Below are positions 8,915 to 18,243 of a stretch of DNA of 64,000 nucleotides, one piece after another. The notes beneath the pieces are model-generated. The model made no database searches and was not told the DNA's origin. It saw nothing but the letters and a program-made list of their open reading frames with translations. Source of the DNA: Myxococcota bacterium (GTDB lineage Bacteria; Myxococcota_A; UBA9160; UBA4427); the NCBI GenBank assembly GCA_965250285.1, contig OZ252299.1, forward strand, positions 4,800,001 to 4,864,000. Direction: 5' to 3'. A program made the translations under genes and the position numbers. Position 1 is the first letter of the stretch. Every line of letters begins with the position of its first letter.

Positions 8915-11900
8915 TCAGGCGCGCCGGCGCTCGGTCCGAGGGCGAGCCTCGTCTTCGTCGTCTCGGTCGTCTTCGTCGTTCTCGACGGCCGCCTCGTCGA
9001 GCATCGATGCGAGATCGCTGTTCGCTTCGCCTTCGAGCGCCTCGACGTCGCGCTGCTCGCGCCGATTCGCGCGGCGTGCACTCTCGGAGACGGCCAGCAC
9101 CGCGAGCGGATCGACGCGGCTCCACACCGGCAACGCCGACACTGCGATCGCGAGCAGCGAGGTGCCACGGGTGATCATCGCCAGCACGGCGGCCGAGAAG
9201 GCCAGCCCCGTGCGCTCCACAGCCCTGACCTTGACCTCGATCTCGTCCTGCTGCCGGTCGGCGGTCTCGCGCAGCTGGGTTTCGACGTCGTGCAGGGCAT
9301 CCTGCAGCTGCGCGTCGGCGAAGCCCGCGGCCAGGCGCGAGGCCTCGTCGATGTCTTCCTCGTCATCGTCGCGCGTGAACGAGAGCAGGCTCCCCGAGAG
9401 ATCGCCTTCGGTCGACCCGATCAAAGGCACGTTGGCGCTCTGAGAGATCGAAACGCCATCGAGTTGCGCCGCGTCGGAGCCCGCACCGGCATCCTCCCTG
9501 GCGAGCGGGTCGAATGCCGGGCCCGTTCGCAGGAGCGTCGTCTCGTCTTCGCCGATGCTGGTGTTCGACGTGTCGTCGTCGAGTGTCACCTCGTCGTCGG
9601 TGGGCTCTTCGGCGGTCTTCTCGTCTTCGGCTTCGGTCGGCTCGTCCTCGCTCGACTGCTTCTCGTCCTCGGGCTCGGACGCGTCCTCGTCATCGAGCGG
9701 ATCGACCGCAATGGGCGCCACCTCGATCGATACCGACGACTGCCCTGTGAGCGGCCCCCCCGCGCCCACGCCCCCGAGATCATCGACCGCGAGCGACATC
9801 GTCACCGTACCGGACGGAATCGCCAGCGCGGTGAAGGCCGCACCGTCGAGGGCCGTGTTCACCTGCGACAGCGTGCCCTCGAAGCGCATGTGCGCATCGG
9901 CCACGCCATCCCCTTCCAGAAAGTGCAGGCCTGCCGTCGAGCCGAGGCTGAGCTCACCCGCAGTGACCGACAGCGTGACCTCAACCAGTCCGTCCCCGGC
10001 GTCGAGATCGCCGATCGCGATCGCGTTCACGCCCGCTGACGAAAAGGTGATCGTCTCACCCGGCGCCAGGGTCTGTCCGGAAGGCATCGATACCCAGGGC
10101 GACTCGTTCGCATCGAGCAGGTGGACCGTCACGTCGGCCTCGGTCTGCAGGCCCCCGTCGTCCGTGACACGCACGCGAAGTACGCGGCTCCCGACCGTCT
10201 CGTGGTCGAGAGCCGCCCCGTCGACAACGCGCAGTTCACCCGTCCCGGAGCCGAGGCTGAAGGCCCCATCACTGTTGCCCGACACGATCTGGTACGACAA
10301 CACGCCCGAGCCATCGGGGTCACTCGCAGCCACCGTGCCCACGAGCGACCCCGCCACCGGCCCTTCGAGCAGATCGAAGGATTGATCGACGAACGCTGCG
10401 GGTGTGTTCGTGGCGACCACCCCGACGGTCGTCGTCGCGACCGTGCTCGGATCGGAACCGTCATCGACGACGAATCGAATCAGGCGGTCCGTCGTCGTCG
10501 GGTCGAGCGACGCGTTGTCGTAGGTCACCGTTCGGAGCACCTGCTCGAAGTCGGCCTGGGTGCCAGAACCATCGAGCGTCAGCATCCGCGAGCCGGCGTC
10601 CCAGGTCGCGTTCAGCGCGGTGCCCGTGACGTCCGCCGAGAGCGCCTCGAGGGCGCCATCGGGCATCGCGTCGACCGTGATGCGGATCGCGACGGGCACG
10701 TCGCCGTCGATGTCGGTGATCGACGCGTCCGAGTCGGCGACCGCGACCGGGCCGAGGCCCTCGGTGAAGCTCGCCTGGTAGTCGAGCCCGGCGCCCACGT
10801 CGTCGTTCGCGTCGAGATCGAGCACGGGAGCGTCGTTCTCGGGTGTGACCGTGATCGCGAAGGTCGCCGACCCGCTCGACCAGACGTGTCCATCGTTCAC
10901 ACTGAACTCGAACGAGGTGTCTCCGTTCCAGTCGGCCGGCGGCTCGTACGTCAGCAGGCCCGCATCGATGTCGAGTCTCGAGATCTCGTCACCCACCGAC
11001 ACCGCGCCACCCGAGAGGAGCAGGCCGCCGACCGGGAGCGAGTCGATGCGCACGCGATCGATCGAGTCGCCGGCGTCGGGGTCGGTCCCCCCGATCGAAA
11101 CGACGACCGAGCCATCCTCGGGCAACGACGTAGTGCCCGGCGTCGCCGTGGGCGCCGAGTTGGCACCGTAGAGCAGACCGACCTCGAAGTGCGTGAGCGC
11201 GCGGTCGTAGACGCGCAGATCGTCGATACCGCCCGTAAACTTGTACTGATCGCGGCCCGTCCGGTCACCGCCGATGTTGAGATGGTCGCTGACCGCAACG
11301 GGTCCCACGACGTCGGTGGCCGTCGCCACCGCCACGCCGTCGACCCACAGCGTCATCGTCGTGCCCTCGCGGTGTACGACGAGGTGGTGCCAGGCGCCAT
11401 CGTCGAGGTCGTCGAGGTAGATGCCGGTTTGCCACTGCTGCGATCCGTTCTCGAGATACGAGACGAGCTGACGATCGGGCGTTTCGTCGAACTGCAGGTT
11501 CCAGTGGTTGACCGAGCCGGTCGCGTTGGTCGCGGTGTAGATCCCGGCCCAGTCGTTCTGCACCGGGTCGGGGCGAATCCAGACCGATGTCGTGTAGTCG
11601 CCGGCGAGCACGGGCACGTCGCCCGAGCCCGTGACGATCATGTCGTCGATGCCGTCGGGATCGAACGCGTGCGAGCCGACCTGCCCCGGCACGAACTCGT
11701 CCCCCTCGCCCCCCTGGAGCGTGCCGTCGTAGCCGCCGGGACCGTCGTCCGTGGCGTCGCCGTCGAACGTCCAGTGCCCGACGAGGCTGGTCACCGTGGC
11801 CGTGAGGGATTGCGTCGTGCCGTCGTAGACGACCTCGGCCTGCGTCCGGTTCATGATCGACGTGGCGAAGCCGCCGTCCTCGACGTCGAGCGCGCCGAGT

Positions 11901-13129
11901 GCTGCATCGACGCGAAGGGTCCCGTCGAAGCCGGCGCCGGCGTCGAACACCTCGAGATCCCCGGTGACCTGGACGTCGGCCGTGGTGATCGAAGCCAGCA
12001 CGAGCTGGCCGACGTCGGCCTCGAGCGTCATCGCACCCGAGGGCGCACCGCCGACGTGGACGCTGCCGATGCGACCGCCCCCCCCGCCCACGACCACGCG
12101 ATCGACCGTCGCGCCGGCCTCGACCGTCAGGCTCGAGACGTCGGCGTCACTCGAGAGCTCGGCGAGATCGGCATCGAAGCGCAGCGTGCCGACGACGAGG
12201 CCCCCGTTCAGATCGCTCAGCACGACTCGGGTCGAGTCGTCGGTGCCCGCCGAGCCCGAGATGCTGAGCGTGTCGCTCGCGCCGTCGTAGCTGAAGTCGA
12301 TCGTGCCCGGCCCGGTCACGTCGATGCCGAAGCGGATCGCGCCATCGTCCCACGTGCCGGAGCCCGAGAACCCGGCCTCGCCGTGATCGACGAGCTGACC
12401 CGACCAGGTCTCGAGCGCCGCGGAGACGAGGCCCGTCTCGGCGACCGCGTCGTCCGCACCGCTCGAGGCCGCCTCGAGGATCCAGTCGCCCCCGCGACCC
12501 GTGACGTCGTCCGATGCGAAGACGTCGGCGCCCGTCAGATCGGCCACGCGATCGAGCAAGGCCTGCCCGGACACGACGTCGCCCGCGACGTCACAACCGA
12601 AGAACGAGATGTCGGCGCCCGAGACGAGGTGCGCGGAGAGATCACGCCAGGCCTCGGCGTTGGCTTCGCTCATGTCGGCGGTCAAGCCGCCCGGACCCCA
12701 AGCGACGCGCCCTTCCGAGCCATGCGTCAGTACGGAGAGCGATGCGATCGGCTCGCCGAGCGAGCCGGCGAGACCGCGCACCTCGGCCAGCACCTGCGTG
12801 ACGTCCTCGCGGTCGGCATCGAAGAGCACGAGCGTCGCGCCCGCATCGACCGCGCCGGCGAGCACGTCGACGTCTTCGAGATTGCGATCGATCAGGACGA
12901 TGCGCAGGCCGTCTTCGCCCGACTTCGGAGCGTCGGCGGTCTCCGGTGAGACGGGCGGATCGAGGTCGACCGGATCGCTCGGCCAGACCGGCGCCGGAGC
13001 TTCGACGTCGTCGACGCCGGGATCGACGAGCCAAGGCGCGACGTCCGCCGAGTAGAGTCGACGGCGCTCGAGCTGTTCGATGTGACGCGAGGGCGAAGCC
13101 TCGCTCTGCGGTCGATCGCGCCGTCTCAA
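8915..13129 (-). CDS. Large adhesin-like protein: LEPR-XLL-type N-motif, DUF4347, LamG, cadherin/Ig-like repeats, C-terminal hydrophobic segment
   Basis: IEQLERRRLYSAD; IVLID..THGSEG..FFGCDVA..ASDDVTGRGGDWILE; VGHWTFDG..GGIDDLRVYDRAL; NxAP-started repeats; acidic linker, then RGTSLLAIAVSALPVWSRVDPLAVL. TTG start approximate. Confidence 0.85.
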   Translation of the reverse strand: MRRRDRPQSEASPSRHIEQLERRRLYSADVAPWLVDPGVDDVEAPAPVWPSDPVDLDPPVSPETADAPKSGEDGLRIVLIDRNLEDVDVLAGAVDAGATLVLFDADREDVTQVLAEVRGLAGSLGEPIASLSVLTHGSEGRVAWGPGGLTADMSEANAEAWRDLSAHLVSGADISFFGCDVAGDVVSGQALLDRVADLTGADVFASDDVTGRGGDWILEAASSGADDAVAETGLVSAALETWSGQLVDHGEAGFSGSGTWDDGAIRFGIDVTGPGTIDFSYDGASDTLSISGSAGTDDSTRVVLSDLNGGLVVGTLRFDADLAELSSDADVSSLTVEAGATVDRVVVGGGGGRIGSVHVGGAPSGAMTLEADVGQLVLASITTADVQVTGDLEVFDAGAGFDGTLRVDAALGALDVEDGGFATSIMNRTQAEVVYDGTTQSLTATVTSLVGHWTFDGDATDDGPGGYDGTLQGGEGDEFVPGQVGSHAFDPDGIDDMIVTGSGDVPVLAGDYTTSVWIRPDPVQNDWAGIYTATNATGSVNHWNLQFDETPDRQLVSYLENGSQQWQTGIYLDDLDDGAWHHLVVHREGTTMTLWVDGVAVATATDVVGPVAVSDHLNIGGDRTGRDQYKFTGGIDDLRVYDRALTHFEVGLLYGANSAPTATPGTTSLPEDGSVVVSIGGTDPDAGDSIDRVRIDSLPVGGLLLSGGAVSVGDEISRLDIDAGLLTYEPPADWNGDTSFEFSVNDGHVWSSGSATFAITVTPENDAPVLDLDANDDVGAGLDYQASFTEGLGPVAVADSDASITDIDGDVPVAIRITVDAMPDGALEALSADVTGTALNATWDAGSRMLTLDGSGTQADFEQVLRTVTYDNASLDPTTTDRLIRFVVDDGSDPSTVATTTVGVVATNTPAAFVDQSFDLLEGPVAGSLVGTVAASDPDGSGVLSYQIVSGNSDGAFSLGSGTGELRVVDGAALDHETVGSRVLRVRVTDDGGLQTEADVTVHLLDANESPWVSMPSGQTLAPGETITFSSAGVNAIAIGDLDAGDGLVEVTLSVTAGELSLGSTAGLHFLEGDGVADAHMRFEGTLSQVNTALDGAAFTALAIPSGTVTMSLAVDDLGGVGAGGPLTGQSSVSIEVAPIAVDPLDDEDASEPEDEKQSSEDEPTEAEDEKTAEEPTDDEVTLDDDTSNTSIGEDETTLLRTGPAFDPLAREDAGAGSDAAQLDGVSISQSANVPLIGSTEGDLSGSLLSFTRDDDEEDIDEASRLAAGFADAQLQDALHDVETQLRETADRQQDEIEVKVRAVERTGLAFSAAVLAMITRGTSLLAIAVSALPVWSRVDPLAVLAVSESARRANRREQRDVEALEGEANSDLASMLDEAAVENDEDDRDDEDEARPRTERRRA

Positions 13130-13250
13130 GACCGGCTCCCCCGCGCGACACCGACAGACCGGCTCGCGGATAGGGTGATATTCCCCACATTCTCATCGGC
13201 GGCTCGGTGGAAGGCCTGAAGGCCGCGGCGCCGCCCACGGGTGCGGCCGC

Positions 13251-14756
13251 TCAGCTTGCGTCTTCGTCGCCTTCGACTTGCTCGAAGCCCGTCACTCGGT
13301 TGCGTCCCGTCTGCTTCGAGACGTAGAGCGCCTGGTCGGCCTGGTCGACCAGGGTGTAGAGGCTGTCGGCGCCGTGTTCGCGCAGGCTCGCGAGGCCGAA
13401 GCTCGCCGTGATCGGCACGGCCGCGAAGCCGTCGGCGCCGATGCTGCGACGCCAGCGCTCGGCCATCGAACGGGCCTCTTCGGGCGACATCCCGGGCAAC
13501 AGGACGCAGAACTCCTCACCGCCGTAGCGGCAGACACGCTCGCCGTCGGGTGACTGACTGAGCAGAGCGGTCGCCACGGCTCGAATGACTTCGTCGCCGG
13601 TCTGGTGACCGTGGTCGTCATTGACGCGCTTGAAGTGATCGATGTCGACCATGACGCAGCAGAGGTCGTCCCCTCGACGCTGCGCAGCCTCGACCTCGAT
13701 CTCGCCGGTCTCGAGGAAGCTGCGGCGGTTCGCCGCACCGGTGAGCGGATCGCGCCGCGCGAGCACCCGAAGCTCGTCGTTCTGCAATCGGATCTCGTCG
13801 CGCGACTTCTCGAGCAGCGCGAGGGCGTTCTCCAGCTCGCGGCTCTTGGCCTCGAGCTGGGTGATGTCGTCGAAACTCGCGATCGCCCCGCGCATCTTGC
13901 CGGCCCCGTCGAGCACCGGTGCGCCGTTGACCATGAAGGTGCGCACTTCGTCCTCGTCCCGCAGACACAGCGCGGCGCCCGTCGTCGTCGACTGGTCGGC
14001 GAGGGCGTCGTTCCACGGCATCGAGCGTGCCGGCTCGAACGAGCCGGGCACGAGCCAACCGAGCCCCGACGCCTTGCGCCCGACGAGCTTCTCGCTCGAT
14101 TCGCCGACGCGCTCGGCGAACGCGCGGTTCGCCAGCACGATGCGCTCGCCCCGATCGACGAGCAGCACGCCCTCCGACATGAGATCGAGGGCCGCCTGGA
14201 CGCGGGGGGGAATGACCGACGAAGGGTCGAGATGTCGAAGTGTTCGCCGCAGATACAGCGCGTACGCGACGAAGCTCGCGACCCCGAAGACCAGCACCAG
14301 TCGCACGACGGGACGGTGCCAGAGCGAAGCGACGAACGAGGCCGACACGGGCTCGACGAAGCGCACCTCGAGCGTGGCCCACGGCGCACCGCCACGCGTC
14401 AGCTCGACGACGATGTGCGTCAGGTTCGTGCCGGGTTCGACGTTTTCGTCCCACAGCGCGCGGTGCTGCTGGCTCGCGACCATCAATCGGCCGTAGCGAT
14501 CGCGCAGGCCCACCGAGAGCACGTCGTCTTCGGCCTCGACGGCGTGGTCGAGCTCGACCCGCAACCGGGCGAGCCCGGCCCTCGAAGGGTCGGTCGTTGT
14601 ACGCATCGCCAGCTGCTCGACGATGCGCGATCGGCGCTCGACGACCGGATCTTCACTGATCGGGACCAGGCCGAGCAGATCGAGGCCGAACAGGATCGAG
14701 ATGGTCAGGCAGACGAGGCCGAGGGAGAGACGAAAGAGCGCGGACCGATGCCACAT
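13251..14756 (-). CDS. Membrane PAS-GGDEF diguanylate cyclase
   Basis: Two TMs, PAS (LMSEGVLLVDRGERIVLANRAF), coiled coil, DPLTGAANRR, DIDHFKRVND, RYGGEEF. Confidence 0.93.
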   Translation of the reverse strand: MWHRSALFRLSLGLVCLTISILFGLDLLGLVPISEDPVVERRSRIVEQLAMRTTTDPSRAGLARLRVELDHAVEAEDDVLSVGLRDRYGRLMVASQQHRALWDENVEPGTNLTHIVVELTRGGAPWATLEVRFVEPVSASFVASLWHRPVVRLVLVFGVASFVAYALYLRRTLRHLDPSSVIPPRVQAALDLMSEGVLLVDRGERIVLANRAFAERVGESSEKLVGRKASGLGWLVPGSFEPARSMPWNDALADQSTTTGAALCLRDEDEVRTFMVNGAPVLDGAGKMRGAIASFDDITQLEAKSRELENALALLEKSRDEIRLQNDELRVLARRDPLTGAANRRSFLETGEIEVEAAQRRGDDLCCVMVDIDHFKRVNDDHGHQTGDEVIRAVATALLSQSPDGERVCRYGGEEFCVLLPGMSPEEARSMAERWRRSIGADGFAAVPITASFGLASLREHGADSLYTLVDQADQALYVSKQTGRNRVTGFEQVEGDEDAS

Positions 14757-14766
14757 GGCGCCCTCG

Positions 14767-15843
14767 TCAGTTCATGCCGTGTCGGTGATCGCCGGCGTCG
14801 GGCACGAAACGCACCTGGCACCGCAGACCACTCGGAATCGCATGGTCGGCGTTCGGCAGCTCGAGCCAGACGCCAAAGGTGCCACTGGTCGGATCGACGA
14901 CCCGGTCGGCGATCTCGACACGCGCGAGCTGGACTCCGAGCTCGGGGAGCTCGGGCGAAACCTCGGCGACCATCCCGGCGCGGATGCGCCCGAACTCGCT
15001 CGCGGGCACGATCACTTCGACTCGCAGCGGGTCGATCTCGGCGACGGTGAGCAGCGTCTCTTCGCGCGCGATCTCGCCGGGCAGCTTGAGCTGCTCGACG
15101 ACGACGCCGTCGATCGGGCTGCGGATGATCCTGCGTTCGAGACGAGCACGCGCCTCATCGAGCTCGAGCGTTCGCAAGCGCTTCAGGTCGCGCGCCTGTT
15201 CGAGCTCGGCGCGCGCCAGAGCCGCCTCGGTGCGCGCCTCTTCGGCGACGTCGATCGAGACGACCGATTCGGTGTGCAGGTTGGTCGCGCGGCGTAGTCG
15301 GCTCTCGCCGAGCGCGAGGCTCGCGGCGCGTGCGCGCACCGAGCTCTGCATGTTCGCGCGCGCTTCGGCGACGGAGACCGCGGCGCGCTCGACGTCCGAC
15401 TCGAGCTCGACCAGGACCTGGCCGGCCTTGACCTCGTCGCTGCGGTCGACGTGCACCGATTGAACGACGGCCGAGAGCGCGCTGCTGACGTCGATCACGC
15501 GCCGAGGCTCGATTAGGCAATCGAACTCGCCCCCGACGCTCGACGCGGCTGCCATCGACCGATGCGGCACGGGCTCGTCTTCGGCGAGCACCTCGTCGCT
15601 CCAGTTCGGTGCGATCGAAGGCGCCGGGTCGACGGCCGCGGGCGGCGTCGTATCGCTTTGCGCACTCGCCGTCGACGGCGGTGCAGCGGCCACGCGCCCG
15701 GCCGGGGCCTCGCTCGCCGAGGCCGGCTTCGAGGCGAGCAGGGTCGACGGGCTACGATCGACCAGATTCATGCTGACGAGCGCGACCAGCGCAGCGACGA
15801 GCAGGATGCCCGCCGTCCTTCGCGCCCACCGGCTCTTCATCAT
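14767..15843 (-). CDS. Membrane fusion protein (periplasmic adaptor)
   Basis: N-terminal TM, Pro/Ala linker, FDCLIEP, VKAGQVLVEL, IRSPIDGVVV, VVDPTSGTFGV; start refined to ATG at 15843. Confidence 0.88.
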   Translation of the reverse strand: MMKSRWARRTAGILLVAALVALVSMNLVDRSPSTLLASKPASASEAPAGRVAAAPPSTASAQSDTTPPAAVDPAPSIAPNWSDEVLAEDEPVPHRSMAAASSVGGEFDCLIEPRRVIDVSSALSAVVQSVHVDRSDEVKAGQVLVELESDVERAAVSVAEARANMQSSVRARAASLALGESRLRRATNLHTESVVSIDVAEEARTEAALARAELEQARDLKRLRTLELDEARARLERRIIRSPIDGVVVEQLKLPGEIAREETLLTVAEIDPLRVEVIVPASEFGRIRAGMVAEVSPELPELGVQLARVEIADRVVDPTSGTFGVWLELPNADHAIPSGLRCQVRFVPDAGDHRHGMN

Positions 15844-16080
15844 GTGCAGTCGCACGCTCAGCCCCGCCTCTGCCAGATCGACGCAGATGGAACACGCATC
15901 GATCTCGCACTCGGTCGGACGCTCCGACAGCGTCCACGGCCTTATGTTTCGGTCGACCGGTGGCTTGACCCAAGCCGAAGCGCGCGCCGACGAACCGAAC
16001 GAAGAGCGACCTCGCGCATGCGCAAGAGACACGCAGATGTGATGCAGATCGAGCGCAGGGATCGGGCGGTGTGGAGCGGT

Positions 16081-18243
16081 TCAGACGTCGAAGTGACCGA
16101 GGAAGAGACGAGCGAGGCTGCGGCCGATGCGCGGGGCCAGCGGCAGCTGACCGTGATCGAATCGAACGAAGACGCGCTCACCGATCGCAACCTGTTCGGG
16201 CTGCTCGGCGAGCTCGACCTCGAGCAGGAAGACGGGCTCGAGCGCAACGGTCCCGGCCTCATCGTTCGGATCGATGGCGAAGGGTCCCCCACCCAGCGTG
16301 CCCAGGGCTGCGCTGGGTAGATCGGTCGTCGCTGCCGGCACGGCCCGTACGAGCCGCGCGGCGCGGACGCGGCCGAGGCTGCCCGCCAACCGAAGCTCGA
16401 TCGCGTCGGTGCGCTGCCGCACGTCTTCGATGGCGTGCTGGGGGACGGCGACGCGCGCCGTGACGGCCCCGGCGCCGACGACGTGGCCCAGCAGCTCACC
16501 CTGGCGAACCATGCGGCCAACGGGATCGAGCGCACCGGCGAGGAGAAAGCGCCCGGCGCCCGGGCTTCGCACGACCAGCGCATCGCGACGCGCCTGACCG
16601 AGCGCCCGCTCGGCTCGCACCGTGTCGAGTTCGGCCTCGGTGGTGCGTGCACGAACGAGGTCGTCGGCCCGCTCGGCGAACATGCGCAGCTCGAGCGCAT
16701 CGATGCGTGCATCGAGCACTGCGAGCTCGGCGTCTAGGAGCGGCTCCTCGAGCACGAAGAGCGGCTGCCCTTCGATCACTTCTTCTCCCGGTGCCACCTG
16801 TTGTCGCACGATCAGCCCATCGACCTCGGCGCGCACCTGCGCACGCTCGGGCGGCCAGACGACACCCTGAGTGCGAGAGTGGAAGGGCAGCGGCAACGCG
16901 AAGAGCAGCACGGCAGCGAGCACGACCGCAGCCGCGGTGATCGAGACCGCACGCACGCGGCCGGCAGAGAGTCGCGGACTCGTCGCGACGAAGGCGAGAC
17001 CCCGCGCCAGCGGCAAACCGATCTGAAGACCGATCGTCAGCGCCGCAATCGCCACGCCCACGATGGGCAACGTCGTCGCAACGAACCACCCGATGCTGAT
17101 CCCGAGCACGACGCGATAGATGGCCGATGCGATGCCGTAGGCGATGAGCCAGGGGCGCTCGCTCTCGGTGTCGACGGTCGCGCGCACGTCGGCGAGACCG
17201 AAGACGCGGCGCTGAATCGATCCGATCAGGTGGGCGGACGCTCGCTGCTGCAGATTCGGAATCTCGAGCGCGTCGGCGAGCGCGTAGTACCCATCGAACT
17301 TGAGCAGCGGATTCGCATTGAAGAGCAGCGTCGACAGCGTCCCGATCCAGATCATCTGGAGCGCGATCGCGCGAACCCAGCCATCGGCCACCGAAGACCA
17401 GACGAAGAACGCGATCGCGGCGAGCGCGAGCTCGGCGGCGATCCCGGCGAGACTGACCACGATGCGACGCGTCTTGTCGGGCAGGATCGACACGCCCGAT
17501 ACGTCGATGTACGGCAGCGGTGCGAAGACCAGGAAGGCGAGGCCGGTCTCTCGAACCTCGACGCCGCACACCCGAGCGGCGCACCCGTGCGCGAGCTCAT
17601 GCAGCGCCTTCGCGAAGACGTAGACGAGCGGCAGCACGAGCCAGCCGCCCCCGCCGAGCAGTCGCGTCGGCAGATCGTGGGCGAGCTCGGGCCACACCGG
17701 GATCGAGGCGAGCAGCGCCGTCACCACGAGCAGGGCCCAGAAGAACGCGCCGCCGCGCGTGAAGATCGGCGCTGCGAAAGGCGCGATGCGTTCGAGCAGG
17801 GGGTCGGGGTCGAACAGCGGCACCTTGATCGACAGCGGGCTCAGCAAGCGCATCCAGCGCTGCTGGCCACGTGCGCGGCGACGCTCTCGAAACATCGCTT
17901 CGAGATCGGGGGATACGTCGAGCGACAGCACGTGGGCGCCCTGCAAGAGGCCGATCACGTGCATGGCTTCGGCACGCGACGGCGCGGCCTCCCCGAGCTC
18001 GTCGGCGCAGGCGGTCCAGGCCGCTTCGATGGTGCAGCGCCCATCGAGGCGTGCGACCAGGTTCCAGGCGGCCGCCGAGATGCGATGGCAATCGCCGCGC
18101 ATCGGGTCACGGAGCACGATCCAGCGGCGCCCGCGCACCCGATGTCGCGTCGGCGTCGCCTCGTCTTGCAGGCGCGGCCGGAGCCCACACACCCGCTCCC
18201 ACATCGCCGCATCGTCGTGGCTTCGCGTCGAGTCGGAGCTCAC
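16081..18243 (-). CDS. PqqD/RRE-like + M50 site-2 protease + HlyD-like adaptor fusion
   Basis: HELAH and NANPLLKFDG within the TM region; N-terminal LDGRCTIEAAW wHTH-like domain; C-terminal barrel-sandwich/coiled coil; GTG start overlaps the upstream TGA. Confidence 0.88.
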   Translation of the reverse strand: MSSDSTRSHDDAAMWERVCGLRPRLQDEATPTRHRVRGRRWIVLRDPMRGDCHRISAAAWNLVARLDGRCTIEAAWTACADELGEAAPSRAEAMHVIGLLQGAHVLSLDVSPDLEAMFRERRRARGQQRWMRLLSPLSIKVPLFDPDPLLERIAPFAAPIFTRGGAFFWALLVVTALLASIPVWPELAHDLPTRLLGGGGWLVLPLVYVFAKALHELAHGCAARVCGVEVRETGLAFLVFAPLPYIDVSGVSILPDKTRRIVVSLAGIAAELALAAIAFFVWSSVADGWVRAIALQMIWIGTLSTLLFNANPLLKFDGYYALADALEIPNLQQRASAHLIGSIQRRVFGLADVRATVDTESERPWLIAYGIASAIYRVVLGISIGWFVATTLPIVGVAIAALTIGLQIGLPLARGLAFVATSPRLSAGRVRAVSITAAAVVLAAVLLFALPLPFHSRTQGVVWPPERAQVRAEVDGLIVRQQVAPGEEVIEGQPLFVLEEPLLDAELAVLDARIDALELRMFAERADDLVRARTTEAELDTVRAERALGQARRDALVVRSPGAGRFLLAGALDPVGRMVRQGELLGHVVGAGAVTARVAVPQHAIEDVRQRTDAIELRLAGSLGRVRAARLVRAVPAATTDLPSAALGTLGGGPFAIDPNDEAGTVALEPVFLLEVELAEQPEQVAIGERVFVRFDHGQLPLAPRIGRSLARLFLGHFDV

